A stretch of DNA of 64,000 bases. It comes from an uncultured delta proteobacterium (GTDB lineage: Bacteria; Myxococcota_A; Polyangia; Haliangiales; Haliangiaceae). Of the stretch, positions 1-11,770 are shown in pieces. Location: the NCBI GenBank assembly GCA_963848295.1, contig CAWKDB010000011.1, forward strand, positions 32,001 to 96,000, written 5' to 3'. The notes below the pieces were generated by a model. The model was not told where the DNA came from and ran no database searches. It saw only the letters and a program-made list of their open reading frames with translations. Within the stretch, counting starts at the first letter, position 1; each line of letters opens with the position of its first letter. The translations under genes and the position numbers were made by a program.

Positions 1-273
1 CGCACGATCCTGGGCTTCGACGTCCGCGACATGACCGCCGGCTTCATCTGCTGGCGACGCTCGGCGCTCGAGGTGATCGATCTGCCGACGATCAGCTCGA
101 ACGGCTACAGCTTCCAGATCGAGATGAAGTACCGCGCTCACAACTGCGGCCTGCGGCTGGTCGAGACGCCGATCGTGTTCGTCGACCGCCGCGTGGGACA
201 GTCGAAGATGTCGCGCGCGATCTTTGCCGAGGCGTTATTGAAGGTGTGGGCGTTGCGCTTCGGCCGCCGTTGA
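1..273 (+). CDS. Polyprenol monophosphomannose synthase / GT2 glycosyltransferase, C-terminal part (truncated by window edge)
   Basis: D-M-T-A-G-F, SNGYSFQIEMKYR, ETPIVFVDRRVGQSKMS motifs typical of Ppm1/DPM1-like GT2. Confidence 0.85.
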   Translation, partial: RTILGFDVRDMTAGFICWRRSALEVIDLPTISSNGYSFQIEMKYRAHNCGLRLVETPIVFVDRRVGQSKMSRAIFAEALLKVWALRFGRR

Positions 274-319
274 ACACGGTCCGAGGTGGCGCCGAGCCCA
301 AAGGTCTTGCTACGGTGGC

Positions 320-946
320 GTGCGGATGGTGATCCTGAAGCTACGGCTCAAGACGGCGGACGAGTGGCGCGAGCTAGCTCCGAGCGAAACCGTCATGGAG
401 CCGCTGTTCGTGCCGACCACCGACGCTCTCGAAGCGGGCCAGGCCGTGATCGTCGAGGTCGCCTCGAACCTGCTCCCCAACAAGGTGCTGATCCGCGGAG
501 TGGTCCAGAGCTGGCGGCCGGCCCTGCCTCGGATGCGCGTGCGCGCGGGCGCGACGATCCAGCTCGACAGCGAAGAGCAGACCAAGCTGACGTTCCTGCA
601 CGAGGTCCTGTCCGGCAAGCGGACCGATGTCGCGCGCCGTCGCCATCACCGGCTGCCGGTCTCGGTGCCGTGTCGCTACCGGCTCACGAACAGCTCTGCG
701 TTCGTCGACTCGGCGATCTCGGAGATCGGCGTCGGCGGTGCGTTGCTCACGACGACCACGCCGATTCCGATCGAGACCGAGCTGACCCTCGAGGTCACGC
801 CGCCGGGTGGCGCGGCGCCGATCGCGATCGCGGGTCGCGTCTCGTATCACGTGCCGTCGGGTGGATCCGGGTTGCGGTTCGTCAGTCGCGATGGCGATGG
901 CGATCGCCGACTGCGCGAGCTCATTCGGCGGCTACGAGCGTCGTGA
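320..946 (+). CDS. PilZ-domain protein (probably tandem PilZ-like)
   Basis: RRRHHRLPV (RxxxR) followed by EIGVGGALL and C-terminal G-L-R-F strand. Confidence 0.7.
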   Translation: MRMVILKLRLKTADEWRELAPSETVMEPLFVPTTDALEAGQAVIVEVASNLLPNKVLIRGVVQSWRPALPRMRVRAGATIQLDSEEQTKLTFLHEVLSGKRTDVARRRHHRLPVSVPCRYRLTNSSAFVDSAISEIGVGGALLTTTTPIPIETELTLEVTPPGGAAPIAIAGRVSYHVPSGGSGLRFVSRDGDGDRRLRELIRRLRAS

Positions 947-1449
947 AGCGCACAGGCCGGCGGGGCCCTCCGCGCGCGCTCGAGACCCGTAGCGCCGGCG
1001 CGGCGCTCGCAGACGTGCTCCAGTTGCGCGGGATCTCCGACGATATCCGCGCGCGCCGAGTGATCGTCGAGTGGAGCGAGCTCGTCGGTCCGCGCATCGC
1101 GCAACGCACGCGTCCCGATCGGATCGACGACCGCGTGCTGATCATCGAGGTCGCGAGCTCGGCGTGGCTCCACGAGCTGAACCTGCTGCGCGCGCAGATC
1201 CTCGAGGGCCTGCTCGGACGCATCGGCGAGCCGCGGTTGTTCGACGACCTCAAGCTCCGGCTCGCCGGGCGGTCGCGGCGAGAGCCGATCGTCGCCCCGA
1301 GACCGCGCCCGCGTGGCCCGGCGAAGCGCGCGGCGAGCACGCCGGCGACCGGCGCTGCCAGAGAGGCGATCGTGCGCGAGACCTCGCAGATCGACGACGA
1401 CGAGCTGCGCGAGCTGATCGCGCGCGTGCGGATCGCGCACGGCCGCTAG
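943..1449 (+). CDS. DUF721/DciA family protein
   Basis: WSELVGPRIAQRTRP..IDDRVLIIEVASSAWLHEL motif; GTG start overlaps upstream TGA (GTGA). Confidence 0.8.
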   Translation: MKRTGRRGPPRALETRSAGAALADVLQLRGISDDIRARRVIVEWSELVGPRIAQRTRPDRIDDRVLIIEVASSAWLHELNLLRAQILEGLLGRIGEPRLFDDLKLRLAGRSRREPIVAPRPRPRGPAKRAASTPATGAAREAIVRETSQIDDDELRELIARVRIAHGR

Positions 1450-1482
1450 GACGGCGTCGCGCGGCGCCCGTACTATCGCGCC

Positions 1483-2505
1483 ATGCACGCGTGCATTCTC
1501 GACGGCGACAAGATCCGCACCTCGACCGACCCGCTAGCGATTCGCGCCGCGATCGACGCCGGAACGCCGATCTGGGTCGAGCTCGAGCGGCACGATCACG
1601 AGTGCGACAAGCTGCTCGCCGATACGCTGCACCTCCACCCGCTGACGATCGAGGACATCTGGTCCGAGCGCTCGGCCCCTAAGCTCGAGGACTACGGCAG
1701 CTACCTCTACATCATCATCCACGGGATCCGCACCGCGCAGCGCGACGCGTTCGACCTCGTCGAGCTCGACATCGTGCTCGGCAAGACGTTCGTCATCACT
1801 CACGATCCGAATCGGCTGGTCGAAGATGTTCGCGCCGACCTCGAGCGTACGCCGCGGTTGCTCGCGAAGGGTCCGGCGTGGCTCGCGCACGCGCTCCTCG
1901 ATCACGCGGTCGACAAGTACCTGCCGGTGATCGACGACCTCGACCGCGAGATCGAGGAGCTCGAGAACCAGGTGCTGCGCTACGCCGGCACGAAGCAAGG
2001 GCCGCCGATCCTGCGCCGGATCTTGAAGTTCAAGCGCATGCTGCTCGAGCTGCGTCGGATGAGCATCCACCAGCGCGAGATCCTGCTGCGGCTCGCGCGC
2101 GGCGAGCTGCCGGAGATTCCGCCCGACGCGACGCCGTTCTTCCGCGATGTCTACGATCACTTCCTGCGGGTCAACGATCTGGTCGAGAGCTACCGCGACC
2201 TCGTGACCAGCGCGCTCGAGGCGTACCTCAGCGTGCAGAGCAATCGCATGAACGACATCATGAAGACGCTGACGCTGATCGCGACCGTGATGTTGCCGAT
2301 CACCTTCATCGCGGGCGTGTACGGCATGAACTTCGACCACATGCCGGAGCTCCACACGACCTGGGGCTATCCCGCCGCGCTCGGGCTCATGCTGGTCGTC
2401 GCCGCCGGCTGCCTGTGGTGGTTCCGCCGCAAAGGCTGGATCGGCTCGCGCGAGCTCGACGTGCCGGAGGATCTCGACGCCCGCGACCCCGCTCCAAAAG
2501 CGTGA
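1483..2505 (+). CDS. corA: Magnesium/cobalt transporter CorA
   Basis: LHPLTIED, FFRDVYDH, YGMNF signature, MPEL loop, two C-terminal TM helices. Confidence 0.95.
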   Translation: MHACILDGDKIRTSTDPLAIRAAIDAGTPIWVELERHDHECDKLLADTLHLHPLTIEDIWSERSAPKLEDYGSYLYIIIHGIRTAQRDAFDLVELDIVLGKTFVITHDPNRLVEDVRADLERTPRLLAKGPAWLAHALLDHAVDKYLPVIDDLDREIEELENQVLRYAGTKQGPPILRRILKFKRMLLELRRMSIHQREILLRLARGELPEIPPDATPFFRDVYDHFLRVNDLVESYRDLVTSALEAYLSVQSNRMNDIMKTLTLIATVMLPITFIAGVYGMNFDHMPELHTTWGYPAALGLMLVVAAGCLWWFRRKGWIGSRELDVPEDLDARDPAPKA

Positions 2506-2550
2506 TCGGTTCTTGCCCGCACCGGTGCTTTCGTTGCAGAGTCGGGTTCG

Positions 2551-3030
2551 ATGCGTCGGTTCGCGGTGATCGTCCTTGTCGTCTGCGCCAGCGGCGTGGC
2601 GACCGCACGGACCGGAGCCGGCTACGTCGATGGCGAGAAGATGACGGTCAAGCTCACCGACGTCAACGGCAAGGACGTCGAGGTCCGCACCGCGAAGGCC
2701 TTCCGCGCGATGCAACGCGCCGCGCGCAAGGCCGGGGTCCATCTCGCGATCGGCAGTGGGTTTCGCAGCTACGCGAAGCAAGCGAAGCTCTACAAGGACT
2801 ATTGCCGCGGCAAGGGCAACCTCGCCGCGCCGCCAGGCTACTCGAACCACGAGAGCGGGCGCGCGCTCGATCTCGTACTGACCGACCCCGACGCCTATAA
2901 GTGGCTACAGAAGCACGGCGCGAGCTACGGCTTTCACCGCACGGTTCCGGGTGAGGCGTGGCACTGGGAATACCTCGGGGATGAGGCGCGCCCGGTCTCC
3001 CATTCAAAGCACGACAAGCCTCAATCCTAA
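2551..3030 (+). CDS. Secreted M15B D-Ala-D-Ala carboxypeptidase (VanY-like)
   Basis: Signal peptide; SGFRS..Q, APPGYSNHESGRALD, EAWHWEY motifs. Confidence 0.9.
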   Translation: MRRFAVIVLVVCASGVATARTGAGYVDGEKMTVKLTDVNGKDVEVRTAKAFRAMQRAARKAGVHLAIGSGFRSYAKQAKLYKDYCRGKGNLAAPPGYSNHESGRALDLVLTDPDAYKWLQKHGASYGFHRTVPGEAWHWEYLGDEARPVSHSKHDKPQS

Positions 3031-3062
3031 GAGGTGGTGCGCCGCTGCGCGGCGCTCCTTGT

Positions 3063-4688
3063 CTACTTCGCAGCACCCGCCAGAGCTGATCCTCCGACCG
3101 CCAGCAGCGCGGCCAGATCCTCGTCGTTGAACTTCAGCATCGCGCCGAAGAAGTAGTCCCGCCCGTAGTGGAACGTGCCGAAGTCGACCGGCACGCCCGA
3201 GTCGCCGCTCGCGATCGGCAGGGTCTCGGGCTTGTTCAACAGCTCGTCGACACCACCGAGCACGTAGATGTGACGGAACAGCTCGTAGGCGGCCGCGAGC
3301 TTCACCCGCGGATACGTGTCCCAGCTCGCGTCGAACACGTCGGCGCTGAACTTGAGGTCGTGATCCCACCAGTTGAAATCGGCATCGGCGCCGACGCCGC
3401 CAGTCGACTCTTTGACGCCGTAGCGCAAGGTCAGCCAGCGGAACCGCTTCGCGAATTGGAACGTGAACCGCACGGTGTCCGAGATGACGGCTTTACGGAT
3501 CCAGTGATTCGGATCGACGGTCGGGTCGTAGGTCAGCGTGATATCGGGGTAGTTACCGCGCGGGCCCTTCTCGACCTCGATCAGGTAGAACTTGTCGGGT
3601 CGGGTGTGGAGCTCGACCGTGACGTAGTTGTTCAGGCCCTGGGCCTTGATGTCGTACTCGCTGCGCAGCCCGACGTAGGCCTTCATCGTGAATAGCGTGC
3701 CGAGGAAGCCCTTCGCGTCGTCGGTGATCTGCTCGACGTTGTCGGCGATCGTCGGATCGTTGACGAGCCGACCGAGCGTGCCTTTGTCGTCGTCGATCTT
3801 CTCGGTGATCGACCGGGTGTTGTCGAGCACGCCGTCGAGCTTGTCGAGCTTGCTGCGCAGCGCCGTCCCGGTCTGCTGCAGCTCGGACTTCGCGGTCGCG
3901 ACGAGATCCTTCGCGTCGGCCGAGGCCGCGTCGAGGTTGTCGAGCATGGTCTTGATTCGGGGATCGGAGGACTTCGAGATCTCGCGCAAGTCGTTCGTGA
4001 TCTGCTCGATCCGCGCCATAGACCGATCGGCGCGCTCGATGATGTCTTGCACGTTGCCGGCTTCGCGCTGGACCAAGCCATCGACGCGTTGCGCGACCGA
4101 GTTCAGCGGTCCATTGACCACGCGCCGCATGTCCTCGGACAGATCGCGCACGCTCTCGAGCACGCGATCGACGTTCGGCAGCGTCTGCTCGATCCGGTGC
4201 AACAGCTGATCGGTCGTCGTTGCTTCGACGACGTTCTGGACCTGCCGGCACGCATCGCGCTTGGCGGTGTCCTCGGATTCGTAATCCGCGCAGGCCTTGC
4301 CGAGCCGGGTGAACGTGCGCGCGGTGCCGTCCGGCGCCTGCCGGGTTTGCTCGCCCGGATCGATCTCGAGATAGTTCTCGCCGAGCAGCGACGTGGCCTT
4401 CTTGATCACGACCGCGCTCGTCCACACGGGAATGTCGTCGCTGAGCTTGAACGTGACCTTCGCGTAGCGACCTACGACCTGGAGCTCGGTGACCTCGCCT
4501 TTACCGAGACCAGCGACGACGACCTTGCTGCCCTTCGGCAAGCCCGACGCGTCGCGGAACATCGCGAACAGCATCTGCACGTTCTTGCCCGCGGGGTTCT
4601 GGCCGAGGCTCTTCCACACGACGTAGCCGCCGACGGTGAGCAGGATGAACAGCACGGCGACGCGGACGCCGGCCGATAACCGCTTCAC
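3063..4688 (-). CDS. MlaD/MCE family protein with long helical region
   Basis: N-terminal TM, DASGLPKGSKVVVAG..G.V, SLLGENYLEIDPG MCE motif; downstream of mlaEF. Confidence 0.9.
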   Translation of the reverse strand: MKRLSAGVRVAVLFILLTVGGYVVWKSLGQNPAGKNVQMLFAMFRDASGLPKGSKVVVAGLGKGEVTELQVVGRYAKVTFKLSDDIPVWTSAVVIKKATSLLGENYLEIDPGEQTRQAPDGTARTFTRLGKACADYESEDTAKRDACRQVQNVVEATTTDQLLHRIEQTLPNVDRVLESVRDLSEDMRRVVNGPLNSVAQRVDGLVQREAGNVQDIIERADRSMARIEQITNDLREISKSSDPRIKTMLDNLDAASADAKDLVATAKSELQQTGTALRSKLDKLDGVLDNTRSITEKIDDDKGTLGRLVNDPTIADNVEQITDDAKGFLGTLFTMKAYVGLRSEYDIKAQGLNNYVTVELHTRPDKFYLIEVEKGPRGNYPDITLTYDPTVDPNHWIRKAVISDTVRFTFQFAKRFRWLTLRYGVKESTGGVGADADFNWWDHDLKFSADVFDASWDTYPRVKLAAAYELFRHIYVLGGVDELLNKPETLPIASGDSGVPVDFGTFHYGRDYFFGAMLKFNDEDLAALLAVGGSALAGAAK

Positions 4689-5515
4689 GCGCGGCCTCCG
4701 GCTTCTTCGCTCGCCTTTTGCACCGCGCCGACGCCCGACGCGCGCAAGAACTCGTAGACGTACGGATCGGTGCTCGCCGCGATCGTATCCGTCGGCCCGG
4801 CGACGAGGATCCGCTTGTTGTGCAACATCGCGATCCGATCCGCGACGCGGAACACGGATGCCATGTCATGCGAGATCACCACCGAGGTCACCTTATAACG
4901 CTCGCAGGTCGACAGGATCATCTCGTCGACGTTCCGGGTCGCCAGGGGATCGAGCCCGGTCGTCGGCTCGTCGTACATCAAGATCTCGGGCTCGAGGACG
5001 AGGGCGCGCGCGAGGCCGACGCGCTTGCGCATACCACCGGACAGCTCGCCCGGAAACTTCCGCTGGGTCCCGGCGAGCCCGAGCGCCCCGAGCCGGTCCG
5101 CGACGATCGCGCGAATCTCGGAGCTCGACTTGTTGGTGTGCTCGCGCAACGGAAACGCGCAGTTCTCCTCGACGTTGAGCGAATCGAATAGCGCCGCGAA
5201 CTGGAACACCAAGCCGAACTTGCGGCGGAACGTCGCGAGGTCCTTGGGCGACAGCGCCATCACATCCGTGCCATCGACCCAGATGTGGCCAGAGTCCGGC
5301 CGGAGCAGGCACATGAAGTGCTTGATCAAGACGCTCTTGCCGGCACCCGACGCGCCCAGGATGACGTTGACCTTGTAGCGCTCGATGTCGAGGTCGAGCT
5401 TGTCGAGGACGAGGTTCGTACCGAATGACTTCGTGAGCTGGCGGACCCGAATGTGCCACCGCGGATCGACCTGATCGGCCGGCGACTCGCCGATGATCTC
5501 GTTGAGCACGCTCAT
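4685..5515 (-). CDS. mlaF: ABC transporter ATP-binding subunit (MlaF-like)
   Basis: GASGAGKS Walker A, LSGGMRKRVGLARAL, YDEPTTGLDP; ATG at 5515 overlaps mlaE stop. Confidence 0.9.
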   Translation of the reverse strand: MSVLNEIIGESPADQVDPRWHIRVRQLTKSFGTNLVLDKLDLDIERYKVNVILGASGAGKSVLIKHFMCLLRPDSGHIWVDGTDVMALSPKDLATFRRKFGLVFQFAALFDSLNVEENCAFPLREHTNKSSSEIRAIVADRLGALGLAGTQRKFPGELSGGMRKRVGLARALVLEPEILMYDEPTTGLDPLATRNVDEMILSTCERYKVTSVVISHDMASVFRVADRIAMLHNKRILVAGPTDTIAASTDPYVYEFLRASGVGAVQKASEEAGGRA

Positions 5516-6445
5516 CCGCCTCGCACGTTCGGCATGAGGGTGAGCAGGATGTCCGACAGGAAGTAGTCCATGACCAGCGTCGACACCGATGCGATCACGA
5601 CGGCGCGCGTCGTGCCGATGCCAACGCCGCGCCCACCGCCGGTCGCGTGGAAGCCCTGATAGCAACCGACGAGCGCGACCATGAAGCCGAAGAACACGGC
5701 CTTGATCAGCCCCTGCACGACGTCCTGGGTGTGGACGATGTTCTGGAAGTTCGCATACCACTGCCCCTGATCGACGTGGAGCAGCACGACCGCGACGAGG
5801 TACGCCCCGCCCATCCCGACGACGAAGAACAGCAGCGCGAGGATCGGAGCGACGACCATCGCGGAGATCAACCGCGGCAACACGAGGTACTGGACGGGAT
5901 TGACCGCCATCGATTCGAGCGCATCGATCTGCTCGGTGATCCGCATCGTGCCTAGCTCGGTCGCGATGCCGGCGCCGGCTCGGCCCGCGAGCATCAGCGA
6001 CGTCATCACCGGCCCGAGCTCGACCGCGAGCGCCTTGCCGGTCGTGCCGCCGGCGAACGACTCGAGGCCGAACTGGCGGAACGCGTTGACCGATTGCAGC
6101 GATAACACCATGCCGGTGAACGCCCCGACGAGCAGCACGATCGGCAAGCTGCCGAACCCGATGTACTCGGCGCCGTCGAGGTAGTTGCCCATCCGAAACG
6201 GCCGGCGCGGCAGCCACGACAGCGCGCGTCCGACGAGGATCAGGTGCCCGCCCACCATGTCGAGAAACCGGCCGACCGGAGCGCCCGCGTCCTTGACCCC
6301 GACCCAGATCGCGCCGCGCACGCCGAGCTTCGGCCCGCCGTCGTCGTCGCTCGGGCGGCGGTGGTGGCGGCGGCGGTCCGCCGGGCTTGACCTGGGTCGG
6401 CTCCTCATCGGGTCCCGGGGCGACCGGCGGAATCGTCGGATTCAC
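5512..6445 (-). CDS. mlaE: ABC transporter permease MlaE
   Basis: ELGPV..LMLAGRAGAGIATELGTMRITEQIDAL, GARGVG-like motif; likely GTG start at 6445 with an apparent frameshift in the Pro-rich N-terminus near 6350-6400. Confidence 0.85.
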
Positions 6446-7582
6446 GCGGCGTCTCCGACGTAGGTGCGCGGCACGCGCTTGCTCATGCCGCACGTGACCT
6501 CGTATTCGGACAGGCCCGACCAACCGCCGTACTCGGCCGCGGTGATCGTCGCCCCGTCGCTCGCCCGCCCGAGCAACACCGCCGCATCACCGACCGCGAC
6601 TCCGTCGAGCCCGGTGACGTCGGCGAGCGCGATGTCCATGCTGACGAGCCCCACGAGCGGGCACGCGTCTGCCGCGAATCGCGACCTCCGCGTGGCCGCT
6701 CGCGCGCCGCGGCAAGCCATCGGCATAGCCCACCGGGAGGATCGCGATCCGGCTGTCGCGTTCAGCGCGCCAGGTCGCGCCGTAACCGACCGAGCTGCCC
6801 TTGCCGATCGAGCGGAGCTGCGCGATCGCGGTGACCAGCCGCATCGCCTGCTGGCGCGGCTTGGCGAGGCGAACGTCGCTTGCCCAGGTTGCGTTGCCGT
6901 AGATCGCGATGCCGCAGCGCACGAGATCGAAGCGCGCCTCGGGGAACAGCATCGCAGCCGAGCTGTTCGCGGCGTGGCGCACCCGTAGCGCGCGCTCCGG
7001 CCGCGGTGACTGCGCGATCGGCCTCGGCGAAGCGGCGCAGCTGGTCACGCGTCATCGACCGCGGATCGGCCGGGTCATCGGTGTCGGCGCACGCGAAGTG
7101 CGTCATCAGGCCGACGATCGCGATGCCGTTGTGGGCGGCGGCGGCGACGAGCTCGGGCGCGTCACCGACCGCGGACGCCGAGCCTGCCCATCCCGGTGTC
7201 GACCTTGAGGTGAGCCTCGATCGTCACGCCGCGGCGGCGCGGCGACCTGTGCGAGCTCGGCGACCTCGCCGCGAGATGACACGACAGGCGTCAGCCGGTT
7301 CGCGACGACCTCGTCCTCGCCGCCGAGCTGGCTCGGGCCCATGACGAGCACCGGGGCGGTGATCCCGGCTTCGCGCAGCGCGACGCCCTCCTCGACCAAG
7401 CTGACACAGAAACCATCGGCGGCGCGCGCCCGCTCGAGCGCGCGCGCGACCTCGATCGCGCCGTGGCCGTAGCCGTCGGCCTTGACCACCGCGTACAGCG
7501 CGGTCGCGGCAAGCTCTCGAACCGCGCGAGCGTTGCTGACGATCGCCGCGAGGTCGATTTCGACTCGCGTACGTCGGATCAT
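6442..7582 (-). CDS. alr: Alanine racemase (split over several frames by apparent indels)
   Basis: AVVKADGYGHG PLP-lysine motif, MTHFACAD, HAANS, VGYGATW, PVGYADG, VSMD, YEVTC..SKRVPR in successive frames. Confidence 0.9.
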
Positions 7583-7632
7583 CGCGCGATCGGCCACCGG
7601 GGCGAATTTACGCGATCCGCACCGGAAAACCG

Positions 7633-8409
7633 TTATGCGGCCTTCTTCTTTTCGGCGCGCTCGATCAGAGCCGGCGTCACGACCAGCGACCGGCCGCGCG
7701 GAATGATCAGGCCATCGCGCGCGAGCTGGTTGAACGCGCGCGAGATCGTCTCGCGGCAGCTGCCGATCATGTTCGCCAGCTCTTGCTGGGTCGGGCGGCG
7801 GCGAACGACGAGCCCATCGGGGCCCGACGCGCCCTCTTCGCGAGCGAGGCCGACCAGGCGATGGATCAGGCGCTCGTTGACGTCGCACAGCGCGAGCTGC
7901 GCGATCGTTTCATCGGCGCGGCGCAGCCGGCGAGCCATCTCGCCGAGCAAGTTCATCGCGGTACGCGGGTGCGCCTGCATGTGGCGCATCAGATCCTCGC
8001 GCGACAGCACGAGCAGCGTCGTGGGCTCGATCGCGAGACAGTGCGCCGAGCGCGGGCCCTGGTCGAACAGCGACATCTCGCCGAACGAATCGCCGGCGCG
8101 GAGCAGCGACAGCGTGACCTCACGGCCGCTCTCGCCGAACATCACGACCTTCACGCGGCCGGACATGATCACGAACATCGAGTCGCCGGGCTCGTCCTGC
8201 GTGACGACCGCGGCGCCGACCGCGACCTTGCGGATCGCGATCCGCGCGGTGAGGTCCTCGATCGCCGAGATCGGGAGCGCAGCAAACAGCGGCGCGCGCG
8301 CGATCGTGGCGCGGATCCGAGCGGGGTCTTCGCCTCCGCGCAGCTCCGCCATGGGGCGAACTGGGATCGCAGGCGAAACTGATGGGCGAGCGATTCCAAC
8401 GAGCGTCAT
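7633..8409 (-). CDS. Crp/Fnr family transcriptional regulator
   Basis: cNMP domain ([17 protein letters not shown]) plus HTH ([18 protein letters not shown]). Confidence 0.95.
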   Translation of the reverse strand: MTLVGIARPSVSPAIPVRPMAELRGGEDPARIRATIARAPLFAALPISAIEDLTARIAIRKVAVGAAVVTQDEPGDSMFVIMSGRVKVVMFGESGREVTLSLLRAGDSFGEMSLFDQGPRSAHCLAIEPTTLLVLSREDLMRHMQAHPRTAMNLLGEMARRLRRADETIAQLALCDVNERLIHRLVGLAREEGASGPDGLVVRRRPTQQELANMIGSCRETISRAFNQLARDGLIIPRGRSLVVTPALIERAEKKKAA

Positions 8410-8680
8410 AAGTAAGGCTCCTCGAGGTCGGGGATGGTCGACCTCGACTGCGTCGTATTGCGAGGGTCGTGCCCGTGACCGAGATCGCGTTCCCCGGGCA
8501 TGGTTCCGACCAGTTGCCGGTATGACCCCTCAGAGAACCGTGACGGTTGCTTCACATTTTCGAGGCTCACCGTGGCGCGGATGTCGCGGTCGTCACACGC
8601 GGCTTCACGCGTCATTGACAACGAACGGATCGTTCCCCCGGGGCGAGCCACCCCGGACCTGCGTGGTACGGTCCGCAGCG

Positions 8681-8895
8681 ATGTCCGCGAGCATCGACAT
8701 CGTCATCAACGGACAGACCCGCACCGTCGTACAAGGTACGACCGTTGCCATGCTGATCGCCGAGCTTGGCCTCGGCGACCGACGCGGTGGCGGTCGAGCG
8801 CAATCGCACGGTGGTGCCGCGCGCGGAACACGCGTCGACCCAGCTGACGCGCTGGCGATCGGGTCGAGCTCGTCACCTTCGTCGGCGGAGGATAG
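8681..8895 (+). CDS. thiS: Sulfur carrier ThiS (apparent frameshifts)
   Basis: IVINGQ..., [12 protein letters not shown], terminal [13 protein letters not shown]; directly upstream of thiG. Confidence 0.85.
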
Positions 8896-8897
8896 CC

Positions 8898-9677
<780 letters not shown>

Positions 9678-10313
9678 CTGCACGTCGTCGTCATCACCGA
9701 TCGCCGGTTGTGGGCCGGCGAAGAGCTCGCGAGTCGGGTCGAGCTGATCCTGCGCGCGGTGCCGCGCGGCTCGGTCGCGATCCAGGTGCGCGAGAAGGAT
9801 CTCGATGGCGGCCCGTTGCTGCGGCTCGCCAGGGAGATCGTCGAGGTCGCACATCCAGCGGGCGCGCCGGTGTGGATCAACGGGCGCGTCGATGTCGCGC
9901 TGATCGCGGGCGCGGATGGTGTCCACCTGCCGGAGCGCGGCATCTCGATCGCCGACGCGCGCGCGGTCGGCCCGAAGTTGCTCGTCGGCGCGTCTCGCCA
10001 CACGCCGCCGGCGACCGAACGCGCCGGTGCGGCCGGGTTCGATGTCGTCCAGCTCGGCCCGATCTGGGCGGTGCCGGACAAGGCCGCGCCGATCGGCGTC
10101 GTGGCGCTCGCGATCCGGCGTTCACTTCCGGAGACGACGACGCTCGTCGCGGTCGGCGGCATCGACTCTCCCGAGCGTGCACGCGCGGCCGCCGCCGCCG
10201 GCGCGGATGCGGTCGCGGTGGTGCGCGCCGCGTGGCTGAGCCCCGATCCGGGCGCGGCGCTCGCCGCGCTCGTGGCGGCGGTCGACGCCGGCATGGCCGA
10301 TCGCCATCGTTGA
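9678..10313 (+). CDS. thiE: Thiamine phosphate synthase ThiE/TenI-like
   Basis: VITDR, IQVREKDL, INGRVDVA..GADGVHL, VGASRH, VAVGGI; start uncertain (CTG 9678 or TTG 9708). Confidence 0.8.
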   Translation: MHVVVITDRRLWAGEELASRVELILRAVPRGSVAIQVREKDLDGGPLLRLAREIVEVAHPAGAPVWINGRVDVALIAGADGVHLPERGISIADARAVGPKLLVGASRHTPPATERAGAAGFDVVQLGPIWAVPDKAAPIGVVALAIRRSLPETTTLVAVGGIDSPERARAAAAAGADAVAVVRAAWLSPDPGAALAALVAAVDAGMADRHR

Positions 10314-10396
10314 ACCGCGCGCGTTCCGGATCCCGGCGGGTCACCGTCGTCGCGTTGTTGCTTGACCTGCGCGGCGCGTCGCACTAAGCCAGGCGC

Positions 10397-11770
10397 ATGT
10401 CTTGGCCGCTGATCGTCGTGCTCGCACTGGTCGGGCTGATCGCGATCGTCCCGGTGACCCGGCGCGCGGTCGTGCTGTGGTTCGTGTTCTCGCGCCGGTT
10501 GCTGCCGGTGCTCGGCCGCAAGCTCCACCTCGTCGATCGCGAGTACACGACCGCGCGCGCGTTGCGCCTCGCGTTCGAGGACCTCGGACCCGCGTACATC
10601 AAGTTCGGCCAGATGATCGCGTCGAGCCCGACCGCGTTCTCGAAGGCCACCACGGAGGAGTTCGCGCGCTGCCTCGACAACGTCCGCCAGATCCCGAACG
10701 CGCGCGTGTGGCGGACGCTCGAGCAAGAGCTCGGCAAGCCGCCGGCCGAGATCTTCGCGACGATCGACGCGGCGCCGCTCGCGTCCGCCTCGATCGCGCA
10801 GGTCCACACCGCGACCCTGCCGGACGGTGCCGAGGTCGTCCTCAAGGTCCAGCGCCCGGGCGTGCGCGGCCGGATCGAGCAAGACCTCGCGTTGATGGGG
10901 ATCGTCGCGTCGATCGGCAGCGCGGCGAGCAAGCTGCTGCGGCGCGCGAACCTGCGCGGCATCGTCGCCGACTTCCGCACGACGATTCGCGAGGAGCTCG
11001 ACTTCGAGCTCGAGGCCGATCACATCGAGGAGTTTGGCGCGCTACTCGAGCGCGAAGGCCTGACGAAGCTCGCGACCGTGCCGCGGGTCTATCGCGAGCT
11101 GACGACCAAGCGCGTGCTCGTCATGCAGCGGTTCTACGGCTGTCGGATCGACGACAAGGCGGGCGTCGACCAGCGCGTCGCCGAGGTGATCGAGACGATG
11201 CGCGCCACCAGCGAGGTGTTCTGGACCTGCGTGTTCCTCGGCGGGTTCTTCCACGGGGACATCCACGCCGGCAACATCATGATCCTCGACGATGGCCGGC
11301 TCGGCTATCTCGACTTCGGCATCTTCGGGCGATTCTCCGACGTCCATCGCGCGGCGCTCGCGGATTGGGTCGGCGCGCTCGTCTCGGGGAGCGGCGAGCA
11401 GATGGCGCGCGCCCTCGTCGCGATGGGCGCGGTCGGCGAACACGTTGACTGGGACGCCTTCGTCCGCGACTGCACCGAGGCGTTCATTCCACTGCGCGCG
11501 ATGACCGTCGACAACCCCGAGATGCTCGAGGCGTTCTTCCCGAAGCTGCTCGCGATGGCGCGGCGCCACGATCTCAACTTGCCCTCGCAGTTCGCGCTGA
11601 TCTTGAAGCAGCTGACCTATTTCGGCCGCTACGTGATGATCCACGCGCCGCACTACAACGAGAACCTCGATCCGAAATCGCAGCAGACCTTCGTCAAGAT
11701 CTTCTTGAAGTTCAATGCCTGGCGCCAGGGTCGCGGCGATACGGCGATCGAGATCCGGCCGGCGGCGTGA
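10397..11770 (+). CDS. AarF/UbiB (ABC1) atypical kinase
   Basis: LGPAYIKFGQ, PLASASIAQVH, VVLKVQRP, FFHGDIHAGN, LDFG. Confidence 0.9.
   Translation: MSWPLIVVLALVGLIAIVPVTRRAVVLWFVFSRRLLPVLGRKLHLVDREYTTARALRLAFEDLGPAYIKFGQMIASSPTAFSKATTEEFARCLDNVRQIPNARVWRTLEQELGKPPAEIFATIDAAPLASASIAQVHTATLPDGAEVVLKVQRPGVRGRIEQDLALMGIVASIGSAASKLLRRANLRGIVADFRTTIREELDFELEADHIEEFGALLEREGLTKLATVPRVYRELTTKRVLVMQRFYGCRIDDKAGVDQRVAEVIETMRATSEVFWTCVFLGGFFHGDIHAGNIMILDDGRLGYLDFGIFGRFSDVHRAALADWVGALVSGSGEQMARALVAMGAVGEHVDWDAFVRDCTEAFIPLRAMTVDNPEMLEAFFPKLLAMARRHDLNLPSQFALILKQLTYFGRYVMIHAPHYNENLDPKSQQTFVKIFLKFNAWRQGRGDTAIEIRPAA

Noticed and set aside
8410..8680. TPP riboswitch upstream of thiSGE; CRP or sigma54 sites in the same gap
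   Set aside because: No CTGAGA/ACCTGA TPP core visible. GTGA-N8-TCAC has non-canonical spacing, and the GG-N10-GC match is weak in such GC-rich DNA.
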